Assembly: GCA_010909165.1 (NCBI GenBank)
Contig: MU008165.1
Location: forward strand, 1,736,001-1,800,000
Length of the DNA: 64,000 nucleotides
DNA from: Anthoceros angustus
Lineage: Eukaryota > Plantae > Anthocerotophyta
Direction: 5' to 3'
Part shown: in pieces, positions 27,022 through 39,484 of the stretch
Layout: the number at the start of each line of letters is the position of its first letter
Numbering within the stretch: the stretch's first letter is position 1
Notes under the pieces: model-generated
Databases searched by the model: none
Told to the model about the DNA's origin: nothing
Seen by the model: the letters and a program-made list of their open reading frames with translations, nothing else
Translations under genes and position numbers: made by a program

Positions 27022-27405
27022 CGTCACGGGACCTTGAGCCTCCGAGCTGCCACCGCCTGACTCGCGTTAACAAGAAGGCACGCAAAGGGCACCGCAAGAC
27101 GCGATCAACACCAAGAGAAAGATACTTTACTTAGAGCACCTCGGCCCTCTTATACTACCAAGGTCGGCGTCTTTATTACACCCTATTCGGTGATGGCCAG
27201 CTCGGTGCCTAGTCGGCCGCTACTATTTCCCTTATTCCCTATCTCGTCGTCGGTGGTGGGGTGGCCTGATTCTCGCCGCGGTGGCCCAATTCCCGTTCGG
27301 CGGTTGTGGCGCACCAATCGGATGATCCGGCGGACCCCTTTCCTTCCTAATCGCTGTTACACGGCTGGCCTGACGACCGGTCACCACGACGTCTTCCTCC
27401 CCTAG
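27022..27405 (-). mobile_element. LTR-like segment preceded by a polypurine tract
   Basis: Minus-strand CTAGGGGAGGAAGA (27405-27392) abuts a 370-bp segment bounded by the imperfect inverted repeats CGTCGTGG...CCGTGACG. The segment contains AATAAA and TATAAGAGGG. Confidence 0.5.
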
Positions 27406-27469
27406 CCCCGAGTGGGTCCCTCTCGGTAGGGGCCACCGAGTTGCTCCCCCTGTAAGCCTGAGGCCTCGC

Positions 27470-27690
27470 CTCCTGAGTCCGGACCTCGGGGTCCGGTCTC
27501 GACTCCGGAGTCCGGACCTCTAGGTCCGGTCTCCTCTCTGGAGTCCGGACCTCGGTCCGGACCTCTGGGTCCGGTCTCCTCTGAGTCCGGACCTCCTCCG
27601 GGCGCCTGACCGAGGGTCCGGTCTTATCACTAGAGTCTGGACCTCAGAGTCCAGACTTTCTTTAGGAGGCCGGACAAGGTCCGGACTCGC
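27470..27690. repeat. GC-rich tandem GAGTCCGGACCT/GGTCCGGTCTC repeats inside the retroelement 3' region
   Basis: About 10 or more variant copies of a tccgga/tccggt core are visible directly. Confidence 0.75.
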
Positions 27691-27885
27691 GAGCACCCGG
27701 ATTTTCCCCTTGGTGGACTTCTCGATGGTTCGCCCACTGAGCCCCCCCATGATTCCAGGTTGCCCAGAGTCGCCCCTTCCCCGGCCCCTCCAGGGTCCTC
27801 CTCCCTTTCTCCCGTGAGGTGCGGAGCGCTTACCTCGGGCGCAGCAACCTTCCTTACGCCCCGCTCTTCCTCCCTAGCCCCGAGG

Positions 27886-27999
27886 CCTTCCTCCCTTGCT
27901 CCTCCTTCCGACTCTTTTGGAAGCTCGCCTGTGGATGCCACAAGGGCGCGGCAACCTTCCTCCCTTGCTCCTCCTTCCGACTCTTTTGGAAGCTCGCCC
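27886..27999. repeat. 44-bp direct duplication
   Basis: ccttcctcccttgctcctccttccgactcttttggaagctcgcc at ~27886 and ~27956. Confidence 0.8.
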
Positions 28000-29385
28000 T
28001 CCAGGTGGATGCCACAAGGGCCGCAGAGGGGGAGGAGGCAGCTGTGGGGGAATTGAATGGCGAGGGAGGTGTGGAGGGGCAAGGGGGCGAAATCTCGGAG
28101 GACTCCGATGGTAATAGCATAATGAGGTTGCCCTTTGGTTGCAGATGGGATTGACAACAATGCTAATAGCTGCATGATGGGTTGGGGGTTGCAGGTCTTG
28201 AAGGCGTGGACGAGAGCAGGCCATACCGAATCATCTATGATTCGAATGGCAATTTCGTCCGCATCAGGTACATTGATGTGGAGCGCCGTCAGAAGATTGA
28301 GCGTTGTTTGGGGAGGCGCAACTGCGGCCAGGAGGAGGCGGCCACTCTGAGAGCAGAGTTGGCCGAGCTCATTGTGGAGCCGGAGGCCGGGGTTTGTGGG
28401 CTAAGAAGAAGAGGTGCGGCCAAGGCAAACCCAAGCCCGAGGCGACGCAAGTGGGAAGATGGAGGGGGCGAGGAGGTGCGAACTCCGGTGCTCGGCGAGG
28501 CGGTGCGAGCACCGGCAAGAATGGGGCAAGCACATCCCAAGGCGACCTTGAACTGCGCCCGAGAGTTTCGGCATTATGGCGACCACTCGATCATCGTTGA
28601 TTGCTATCGATGCAGCCCATGAGTGGCACCGTGGCCCGCCGGAGGTCGTGGACAAGGTGCGCGACCTTAGGTTGCGCCGAGGTGGAGGGCATGATGGAGA
28701 GGATGCCCCAAGTGCCCCTAACATGCGGCGGTGGAAGCCCGATTGCGGCGTTCATGGATATCATGAACGCAGCTGTGCGTGTAGCCGCATCCATGTCTCA
28801 AGGAGCTGCACCCAAGACCCCTCCCCTCCTGCTAGCCTCGCCCACCTCTCCCTTTCCCGCACCTTTCCATTTCATGGGGATGCGTTTGCTCCACCTCCAC
28901 CCCCAATTCCACAGGCGCAGCGGCGCACCTCGCCATGGTATGCCACGCAACAGCTTGCCTCTTCCCGTTGCGGGCTCCTCCCCTCAGTCAGGCCGAGGCA
29001 CACCCAGCGGAGGGGCCACTGACCGGGCACAAGAGGATGGAGGCCTGCTCACGACTCTTTCCAGTTGAGCGGAGGTTGTAGGATTTTTGTAGGTAGGTGT
29101 TTTGAGACCTCCCGTGAGGTGGGAGTGCGAACTTGAACATGTGGTTTGTGGCGCAATTGTGCAAGCATGAGTGGCTCGCACAAGTGTTACTTTCGGTTGT
29201 TTTGTTGCTTCAAGATTGTGTTCCACGGCTCGTTCTAGGGATTCCGGATCCTAATGATACAACTACTGTAATCACTATCAAGGCACATCATTGTGACTGC
29301 AAAATTTCGCAGACGCTACGTTGCACTTGAGATTCACAGCGCCACCTTTCCGTCGAGGCGGTGAATGGTGCATCACAAGACTCGG

Positions 29386-29892
29386 TTCCTTCATTTGCCG
29401 AGGTTGTATGAGCATCCCATTTGCGAAATCCTTGAAGTTGCACAAAAGCAAGACCCTTGCACAATGTGAGTCCCGCCACACCGCACAAAAATCGAGAAAC
29501 AAAGGTGCAACACGATAAGGAAACAACACGAAATGCATGAATACGGTGTCACTTGAAGATGTTGTGTGTGAGTGTCGAATTTCCTTCATTTGCCGAGGTT
29601 GTATGAGCATCCCATTTGCGAAATCCTTGAAGTTGCACAGCAAGACCCTTGCACAGTCTGGTGCCACGCACAAAAATCGAGAAACAAAGGTGCAACACGA
29701 TAAAGGAAACAACACGGAGCTGCATGAATACCGGTGTCACTTGAAGATGTTGTGTGTGTGAGTGTCGAATTTCCTTCATTTGCCGAGGTTGTATGAGCAT
29801 CCCATTTGCGAAATCCTTGAAGTTGCAAAAGCAAGGCACTTGCATTCGATCGATCTGGTGCTGAGCAAAAACGTGAAACAAAGGTGCAACAC
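29386..29892. repeat. tandem repeat, ~190-195-bp unit, ~2.6 copies
   Basis: ttccttcatttgccgaggttgtatgagcatcccatttgcgaaatccttgaagttgca recurs at ~29386, 29581 and 29771. Confidence 0.9.
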
Positions 29893-30899
29893 GCTACACG
29901 CCGCACCATCACCTAATATGCTCAGTGCACAAAAAGCGTTAGGGTTCGTCCTCACATGTCCTGTCTCCTAAGACACGCAGGGTCACTCACTCTGAGCGGG
30001 CACAGATGCAGCATGAGGAACAGGGTGTTGGATGTTTGGCCCAGCAGCCGTGACAGCAGCCTGGATGCCAGATTCAAATTACTATCATCTTCTGGTATGA
30101 AGCTGTCCCATACATCCAACTGCAAGCATAACAGAAGCATGTTAGTACTCAACCACACTGAAACGTAGGGACTGCTCCCACATCCTGTCCTTCCTGCACA
30201 TACACTGAAAGCAATATGTCTAAGCGGAAGATTTGCATTCAGCCTCTCGGCGAACGCGGGCCATACTTGCGAACAAAAGTTCCTGTATGTATGTGTTGCC
30301 CGCCTCTTTCCCATGTATGTGTGCTGATCCGATGGAAACCCTAAAATCACTAACAAGAAAAGATTTGTATGCCACCATCGGAACACCAAGCCGATGAACG
30401 TGTGATAGAATGTTTTTTCCCCGCGTAGGAACCCGTGAAGTTGATGTGGCACGTATTATACATGTATTATACGTAAGTATCTAAAAGATTCCATGGCATA
30501 TTCTCGTAGCGTACACCGGAAAAAAAAGAATGTCACACACACACTCCAGTGTGACCAGATCGGTATTCCATAGCCAAGCTCTATGCCAGGTCATAAAAAG
30601 CATGTCCCCAAAATTTCCTTCCCTTTGGATGAATAATCCTTAGGCTCTAAATTATGGTAGTGAATATAGTTAAAGAGCAAACAAAGTTAATAGATGCATT
30701 AGAGTTTACGCCACATCAATGCATGTATTTTGCCAATCGGATAAAAGGGCAATGGATCCCCCAAACCTGGAGTCTGTCGGCAACTGTATGGAAATGCTAC
30801 GCAAGCACAGCCCGCAGCAGAACCGCGCGCTCGCTGCTCCTTACATTCACGTCTTCCTCTGCGCTTTGACAGTAGAAATGGCACACTGAATGTAATCAG

Positions 30900-31400
30900 A
30901 CGCTCGGCGCAAACCGTCGGAGAGCAAGGAGCCCTATGGCATGGCCGTGATCAGCGTGGTATTCCTAGCCCAAGCCTGCCTACACGGATGCCTTGTCCGC
31001 TTCGAAGGGAGCCAGCAGATTGCGGACGGTATTGTTGGCACCTCCTGTACACGCGTGCCGCATGCCGGAAGAACAAGCCGCTCCTAAAGAGCATACCAAG
31101 CCAGGGCACAGAGGCAAAATCGTTCAAGGCAGCTGTCAATCGGTTGTTGGAAGCTACTTGCGCACAAGCAAGAGAAATGCTTGAATCATCATCGATTTGA
31201 TTTTGCGCCAGTGGTTTGTTGGATTGCGCAACGTAACCACGCCTCAAGGTGCAGCGTGTGCATTGCAGACAGCCTGATGCTGCTTGAAGCACAGGGAAAG
31301 TGCTTGCATCATTGCATTGTCTCCGAGTCGAACCACCGAATAGCAAATGCTTGACAATTGTAGACGCGACATCCAAGCGGCTGGCACATCAGGCTCAAGC
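30900..31400 (-). mobile_element. hAT-like transposase remnant (N-terminal part)
   Basis: KHL...C (BED-finger-like), then WLGMLFRSGLFFRHAARVY, which resembles hAT IARFFY..GIPFNAA..Y. Confidence 0.28.
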
Positions 31401-31731
31401 CTCGTCTAGCTGATAGGAGTCAGCAACCACCGAAACTTGACCATTGCCAAGATGCCATCATTTCCATATGAAAGAAACACATCCCGCATGATGCCAAGCT
31501 TAAGGCTCAGATCATTGTCATGAGCTGCCGTGTGCGAGAAACCTAATAGCCACCAGTAAGAACGAAGGAGCGCCGTGCAACAACAGCTCTTGCAAGCCGC
31601 TCAATCTCCTTCTTCCGCCTTAAAAAGGCAGCAATTGCAAGCCAGCCAGCACGTTCCCCTCCAACACTCAAGTTTCCAACCATTCGAGGCAAGGCGATCC
31701 TCTCAAGCAGCTGCAGCGCTACCAAGCCGCC

Positions 31732-32328
31732 ATGGCTTTCAACTCGAACGGCATGAAGCTCATCTTGGCTGCGGTGCTGGCATCCGCAGCACTGGCCCTG
31801 GTATCGGCTCAGACCAGCTCCATCACAACCAAGTACCAGGAATTCACGTACTATATGCACGCCTACGGGTCGGGCCCGAACGTGACAGGGTACGATCTTC
31901 TGAACCCCATCTCGGGGCAGGAATCGACGCACTTCGGGCAGCTGCGGGCGTTCGATGCGAAGCTTCGCAAGACGGACGCGGTGGAATCGAAGTACGTCGG
32001 GCACGCCCGAGGCTACGCCATGTACGATGCGCTGGACAAGGCGGGAGTAGACGTCTACTGGTGCTCGTACTTCTACGGCGTGGACGGCAAGCCGGTGGAA
32101 TTAAGCGGCGTACGCATAGCGTCCGGTAGCGGCCTGTGCTACCGAGCCTTCTATTACAGCGGCTCAGCCAGCTGGGAGAAGGCGGTGGTCGGCGGTACCG
32201 GCACCTTCCGGTTCTGCAAGGGCTACACTGTGGAGACTCCCATCTCGGAGGACCCCACCACCGGGCTGGAGATTTACCAGATTAAAGTCCACGCGCTTTG
32301 TGATAAAATCACCGATCCCGTCGTCTAG
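31732..32328 (+). CDS. dirigent-like protein, secreted, intronless (198 aa)
   Basis: Signal peptide (MKLILAAVLASAALALVSA); dirigent motif equivalents YYMHA, FGQLRAFDAKL, SKYVGHARG and EKAVVGGTGTFRFCKG; N-glycosylation sequon NVT. Confidence 0.85.
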   Translation: MAFNSNGMKLILAAVLASAALALVSAQTSSITTKYQEFTYYMHAYGSGPNVTGYDLLNPISGQESTHFGQLRAFDAKLRKTDAVESKYVGHARGYAMYDALDKAGVDVYWCSYFYGVDGKPVELSGVRIASGSGLCYRAFYYSGSASWEKAVVGGTGTFRFCKGYTVETPISEDPTTGLEIYQIKVHALCDKITDPVV

Positions 32329-33565
32329 GCCATTCGGCCATTCCGTTTCAATGCACATGAAACGGAATGATGGGATGATGATGAAGACCATGTATAAATC
32401 CACGTAGATATATACGTATGCATCAATTCATCAATTGGAATAGGTGTCGTATGGATGTCATGTAGCTACATATATGTCAATTATATATTTTATTCGTATT
32501 CTATTAAGGATGTTTTCAATTTAATAATAGTATTATTATAAAAATAAAATACTTTGAGTAAGTTTTCCTAGCTATTTGACACAGCAAGTCTCACCTAAAA
32601 CCAAGCGGGATAAAGTTTTCCGAATCGTTGCAATTTGTTATTGATGTTGTCTGCAAAGCAACTAAACTGTTTTGCAAGCTTGGGGGTTAGGTTGCCACGG
32701 AATTTCGAACTAGCAGGAGACTTGCCTCTTAGTAAATTTGTGACAAGTTCAAACACTCAGGTGCTGGGCCAGAGGGCAATAGTTTCTGCTCTATCTAGGT
32801 TCTCCAATTTCTCATGAAGTTGTCTCCACAGTTCACTTCCCTCAATCTATGCAGTAGTTGCTCTTCTGTAACCAAGCTTAAATGAGTTCCACATTCTACT
32901 ACCTACATAGTACAAATATAATCAGGGCTTCTATCAGTGAGTTGCTGGGTCGAGTGAGCCTAGTGCTTACAAATTTAGAGCAGAAGCTAGCTGTAAACTT
33001 CCCTTTACCTTCAATTAGCTTACCGAAGCACGAAGCTTTGAATCTAAGTCTGACGTAGTTCTTAAAGCAAAAACAGTATGTCATAGGGCGGACGCTTAGT
33101 CTTATTTCTCCCTCATGACTCCTTCATAGAAAAGTTTCAAGCTGAAAGCTCGAAACTTTCTTCCTGACTTGAACTTTAGGAGATTGACGGTTAAAGCTCG
33201 AGTCAGGAAACCATCACCAACCTTTCACTGGCCGCCGGACAAGTGAACGTTTTGTCATTTAGTGTTCTCCGATTATCAATTAGTACCAGCTGACGAAAAT
33301 ATTATCATAATAGGTATTATCATTCGCTGCCCCATTACCATTTGCTACCCCCAAAAATCGCCGGCCTCATGGCCCTGGCCATTGAACGGAGTTCCTAGAC
33401 GAATGGAAAACGGATATACCTACTTGGCTGTGGATGCAAGCCCCTGCATTCCAGCCAGTCACGAAACTCTCCTAGGACTGAAAGTGGCTTATTTCTCGAT
33501 AGAGCCAAATCACTAACGTAGAACATGGGAAGAGGCCTCTCACCAATCTCAATTATGCTGATAAG

Positions 33566-34295
33566 TTTGTCCTTCTTCGCAGATTTGTGGATAAAAAACT
33601 TATGGATATGTGGGTTAACACCTGCGCTTGCAATTGTTCTATTGATTAATGTGTCAAGCTCCTTGTCTCCACGGATGGCCAGCTGCAAATGTCTTGGGGT
33701 GATCCGCTTGACCTTGAGGCCTTTACTAACATTTTTAGCAAGCTCTAATACCTCAGTAGTAAGGTACTTGAAAATAGTAGCGGAGTAGACTCCAGTGAAA
33801 CCACCAACTCGTCCGTTTGCAGCAACCTGAAACTTGAGTAGTCGATGTATACATCCTACGGGAAACTGCCAATCAATAGAGATGTGACTAAAGACACACG
33901 GAAAGTAAAAAAAGCCAGCCAAATTGCAGCTAACTACATAGAAAACAAGAAACTGCAAGCAATTGTTCCATGTTCACCAACCGTGGAGCCCGTTAAGACA
34001 TAGGCGCTAATGTTGCAGATGCTGACAACGAAAGAGCAAGCTATTAACGAAAGCGCGAGGCAAAGTAGACTCTGAGGCATCATTCATTGGCAAGTCACAT
34101 GACATGCAATTGCTCCAAGTTGTGGATGCTAAAAGCGGAGAGGAGAAAGGAAAGCAAGGCAAGGTAGCGAACCTGGAGACCAACCCGAGAGGAGCAGGAA
34201 GTACGCTTCTTTTTTTTTTTCTTGTCAACATTAGTTGCCTTTCCGCGCAAGAAGTCCTTTGCTTCTTTGCCAACCTAGTTGCCTCCTAGCACCAT
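33566..34295 (-). pseudogene. H2A.Z: histone H2A.Z pseudogene (2 exons)
   Basis: Exon 1 reads MVLGGN*VGKEAK...SSRVGLQ with an in-frame TAG. Exon 2 reads [11 protein letters not shown]...[37 protein letters not shown] with many substitutions at conserved sites, and the normal stop is lost. Confidence 0.9.
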
Positions 34296-36585
34296 TTCTC
34301 TCGGCCGCCGGTACCTTGCAACAAGTGGAAACCGCGTTAAGCCTATACGCTTTCTGCACTTCGTCGGGCAGTCAAAGCCCGCAAAAAGACGAGCACACGC
34401 ATTCAAATGCTTGTGTGGACCGAGCCAAGAGACGAAGCACGAAAGCAGAAAAAGAAGAGAAGTAACTTCGTAAGAGTCATCCCTTGAGTGTTAAAATTGC
34501 AAGTTAGCTATTCCCGCGTGTTGCGCGAGCTATCGCAGACGCAAATCTTGTAGTGACCAATATTAATTTCGTAAAGGAAGAGCAGAATTATGAACCTCCC
34601 TTGCCTTCGGATTGTGCAATCATCAGGTAGAGTTGAATTTGTATTAAAGATTTTTAAAATTAAATGTAGGTCTATATATGGACATACCTAATTCATTTGG
34701 TTGTAGCTGTCCTTTCCAACTTGCTTACTATGTATGTAGGTACCTAGTATATATGTGTCTGCTTAACCCCATAACATCTCACATGAGGCAAAGGCAAACG
34801 TCCACCAAGGGACTTGACCAAATGCCAACTATGGTAGCTTCTTTGGTTATGGAGGTGGATTCTTTGGACAATTCAAGATTCAATGTTTTCTTAAGACTCA
34901 TGGGTATGTACATTTAGACCTCAAGGATATTGAATACTGAAAACAAGTCTCACACCCTTAGGTCTCGCCCCTCAAGAGCAGGGATTGACCTCGTATGGGG
35001 CTTCCTTTTGTGAGGTTCAAGCTCGCCGGATATTCAGCTAAAATTAAATGGAATTAGCTATGCATTATTAGTTTATTGAGTCATCTGCGGCCGTCTCCAC
35101 CTGCTGAAGATTCAGTCCACTTGGGTTATAATTACAAAAGGCCTGAACAAGGAGGTAGATAGAAGAGAAAGAAAAGAAGAAAGATAAACGATGGAATAAA
35201 CAAAGAAAAAGCAGGAAAAGGAAAAGTAAAGAGGGATTACTAAAGAGGGAATAAAAAGTTAAGTGCGACGCTGATTGTTTTTACTAATTCAAATTGTGCA
35301 AAGTCTCGAATCGAGCCTTGTGGTCATTTTGAAGTTAAGTCTCACATTATTATACACTTATATTGTATTTTGGGTGTTAAGAATATTTATTTTGTGGCTG
35401 TTAAAGATAAAGGAAGCAACAAAAGAACGATGCCAATCATGAAGGCACTAGTTGCATGAAAAATTGTAACTAACCATATTAAGATTCTACTTTGTAGTTG
35501 TTACCTAGCAGCTACATAGTTGCTTCCTAGCAAAAAGAAGAAAGATAAGTAATCAGGGAATTGTATTGATTGTATGTTGTGGTTCCCTCCCACTTCATGA
35601 TAGCTCCTCTTCCCTGAAGCCATCTTTGTGCAGCCCACTTCTCATTCGGGTTCTTAGATTTGTCATTGTTTTGTGTATGCTCTTATGTCTCCATAGCGTA
35701 GACGAGATCGGTCATAAAGTGCAAGATCGTTGCAAAAATGCAAGAAATCTCAAGAAGACAAAGGGAACCAAGCACTTACATCTCGCATGATGGAAACTGA
35801 TACGCCCCGTATTAATAGAGTTTGCTCCTTCCTGGCTTTTTCTTTCAAGGCCATGTAGTTGTTACCTAGCAGCTACATAGTTGCTTCCTAGCAAAAAGAT
35901 AAAAGAATTACTATCCTAATCTTGTGTGTGATTCATGGTGCATCACTTTCATGCTAGCTAAACACGGGCCAACAAACCCCTCCAATCATGTGCTAGCATG
36001 AGACGAGCAAACAAACTCCCATACTCAATTCTGCTTGTTTATTCAAATACATTTTAAGGTTTTTATTGCCCGCTTTCATTTAAAATCAATCTTAGTTTTA
36101 ATGGAAATCGATCATCTTGCATTTTTGATATCATCACATAAATCGGAATAAGAAACCCAACATTACGCACTGCTTTAAAGACTCAATAATATAGCTCAAA
36201 TGTGGTAACGATCCTGCAAATATCGAGCACACCATGTTCTAAAAAAACAGAGTTGCTGTCCCTCCAGCCCACCCTTTTCGTTTTTATATGGCGAGTGCAA
36301 CCTGGAAACTGTAAATTAGACAACGTAGAGTTTATATTAGGATGGGATCGGCGGCCGGTTCCCGAAAGACGTGGAGTCGAGCAGCTGCATCTGCCCGATG
36401 AGCTGCCCCTCGATGTAGGCGCGAACGTAGCGAATCGTGATCTTGTTGCTTAGAACGCGCTTCTCTCTAGATCCCTGGTGCTGCTGGGCAGCTGGGAGGA
36501 AAGATGAGGCTGCGAGATGTGGCGTTACGGAGGCAAGGGGACTCGTCACAAGGATGAGCGGTTCCCAGCGCTTGCAACAGCGAGA

Positions 36586-39413
36586 ATGGCTGGTTTCAGC
36601 TGCTGGATTGCCGTCTTATGCATCAGCTATGTGAGCACGCGTATCCTGGCAGATGTGCAACCTGGTAGGCTTCTCACGCCATGGCTAGCTTTGCTGTTCC
36701 GGAGGAGCAAGAGGAGAATGTGAGCAGGTGCAGTAGCTGACTCTGTGGGGGCCGCAGGACCATTCCAGGCGCGGATCAGTTGTGGGTCGGGAAATGATGT
36801 GGAGAGCAACAATGTGCAGTGGGAGAGGGATTTTGGGTATTCGGGGGGGAGGACTGGCTCGATTCCAGCGTCGCAGGGGAATGTGTTGTTCCCGGAGCTG
36901 AACACTCTGCGGTACTTCCAGCAGTCGGATGGGAAGAATAACTGTTACAACATCAGTGCTCCTAATGGGCACTACTTCTTCAGGTGCTTGCTGGTTGTTG
37001 AGACGGCCCAATTTCGTGTTTTGGGATGTGGGTTTGTGTGATGTGGAGCTTTCGGTGGATGTGCAGGTTCTACTTTGCATACCAGGGTGCTGAGCCCCAA
37101 TTTGAGGTGTCTCTGGAGAGCACCATTATCTACGAACTCAAGGCTGGGTGGAGCAAGCTGACGGGTTTTGCAAACTTGGTGAATTTTGAGTATGCTGATT
37201 CTCTGGTGTATGTGGGAGATGGTGGTGCCACAGCCTGTTTTCACAGCAGTGGGCATGGGAATCCCTCCGTTGCCACTTTTGAGGTTCTTCAAGTCAGTGA
37301 TCAGTCTTATTCATGGAGTACCAATGACCTGGTGTTGAAGACTGTGAAGCGTGTGAGTTGTGGGTCTCAGAACATTGCACCCAAGTTCAATTACAGTGCT
37401 GATCCTTGGGGAGGCAACCGGTACTGGTCCAGCGATACTTCCATCACTCAAGAAGCCAACATTGATGCTCTGTCGACCGAGGTTGCCATTAAATATGTAA
37501 ACATGGAGCCGTTTTACTTCCCCTTGGGTTTGTATCAGAGTGCCAGGGTCACTACAGTGGCGGGTATGCCTCTGAGTTACACTTATCCTTTGAGTCCACG
37601 GCAGAGTCCTTCTCAAAAAACGTATTACATATGCCTCCACTTGGCTGAGATCGACCCGGCGATAACTCAAGCTGGCCAGAGAAAGTTCAATGTCACTGTC
37701 AATGGCATGCCATTGTTTGATTCTGTGGACATCGTGGAACTTATTGGAGCTCCTTATTCTGCCCTGTTCCTAAACTCCACGACGAATGTAGTAGGGAGCA
37801 CTCTGACCCTCACATTCACACCGGAGGAAAACTCTACAGTACTTGTTAGTGGCTTCGAGATCTACGAGGTTATTGAAACTGAGTTCACAACGAGAAAGGA
37901 GGAAGGTACGGGGGTCCAGATACAGACTAGGTTCTTTCTTCACAGTCACTGGCTTCTGTTGCTACCAGCTCTAAAAGGATGAAGGGGATGTTGGGTCACA
38001 GCCTGGGCATTGCAGTCTCTGAAGTCCTCCTTGCAGCTGCCTGCACGCCTCGGCTGGACTGGGGATCCATGTAACCCCTATCCCTGGGATGGGATCGGCT
38101 GTGACTTCCAAGAACCCGATGCATGGGTCATCAATTCACTGTATGTAAAGCTGCATGATGTGTTCAGATCTCATTTTGTCCTCGTTATCGAGCAGGGTGG
38201 TAGGTTGTCCCATCGTCTGCCATGCTGTGCCTCTTGCTTACAATTAACAGTGACGCCATGCCTTCTTGCAGGGACCTGGACAGCCGTGATATATCAGGGC
38301 AAATCAGCGGTGACATAGGCCAGCTCTCCTCCCTCATGAGCCTGTGAGCGTCGTCTGCCCCTCCTCTCCTCCCTTCACTTGTCAAATCCTGAACAGAGCA
38401 ATTCATAGTTTCCTGTCCTGCCCCCTTGATTCTGCTAACAGTGTTGATTGTACGCAAAGGCATGGCTTCTCGGAATGGGCGTTTAACAGGGGTTGTCTGT
38501 TTCTGCAGTAATCTCAGCCACAACAAGATCTCGGGCATAATACCATCCAGCCTGGGAAGCATCGAAAACCTGACCGAACTGTGGGTGGATCTCTGACGTT
38601 TGTCCTGCTCTGTTGCGGACAGCCAGATGCGAGTCCACTTGCGTTTGATATTGAAACTTGAGTGTATTGGATTCTTGCTGCAGGGACTTGTCCTACAACC
38701 TTCTCAGTGGCTCAATACCATCCAGCCTGGGAAACCTGTCAAATCTTCAAGACCTGTATTCTCGTCTCTCACCACATGCAATCTTGGGCTTTGTGTGAAA
38801 TCAGTGCTCTCCAAGTCTACTTACTTGGAATAGCATCTTCAGGTATCTCAATAAAAATCAGCTGTCAGGAGAGGTTCCATCGAGCTTGGGTGCTGGTCCT
38901 ATCAGAGGAGCAAGTTTTAAGTAAGTCCAGTCCTAATTTGTGCTATTCCAAGTGTCCTGAGGATGCCTCAACGTCCATTGATACGTCCTGGCCCGGTTTG
39001 TGCTCGGCAGCTTCTCAGACAACCCAAAGTTGTGCGGCCCTGGATTTTCTCTTTGTTCAAGAGGTATGTCAACCCGTGCCAAAGCAGGGGTGTTTGTTGC
39101 TACCATCTTCGCGGCCTTCACCCTCGTGGGCTGCGTCTTCTGCTACTGCAAGAGGAGGCAAAATATTGCAAGAAGCCGGCGGCTAATGCTAAGTGAGTAT
39201 CTACCCTGAGCATCCTCTCGTGAACGTCTAGAGTCTTCGGATCCTGTACTAACCTAAACATGGTTTTATCACAATGCAGCTCATGATGCCCCGTATGCGA
39301 AGTCAAGAATCAGTAAATCCCGACTACCGGACATACAGTTGTCTAGAACTTCTCCAGAGGAATTCCAGTTTCACTCAATGTATTCCAATGCACCTCCACG
39401 ACATGCTCGTTAG
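36586..39413 (+). CDS. RLP4: malectin-like/LRR receptor-like protein (RLP4-type), multi-exon
   Basis: Signal peptide; RISCG...WERDFGYSGG; LNTLRYF..SDGKNNCYNI; CFHSSGHGNPSV; DPWGGNRYW; LHLAEID; GWTGDPC; 72-nt LRR exons; TM helix AGVFVATIFAAFTLVGCVFCY; short tail AHDAPYAKSR with no kinase. An alternative start exists at 36517. Confidence 0.9.
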
Positions 39414-39484
39414 GATGTAGCTGATATGACACCTAGGTATCTTCTGTAAACTATGACAACGTACACCACACAATCGGCTGAAGC

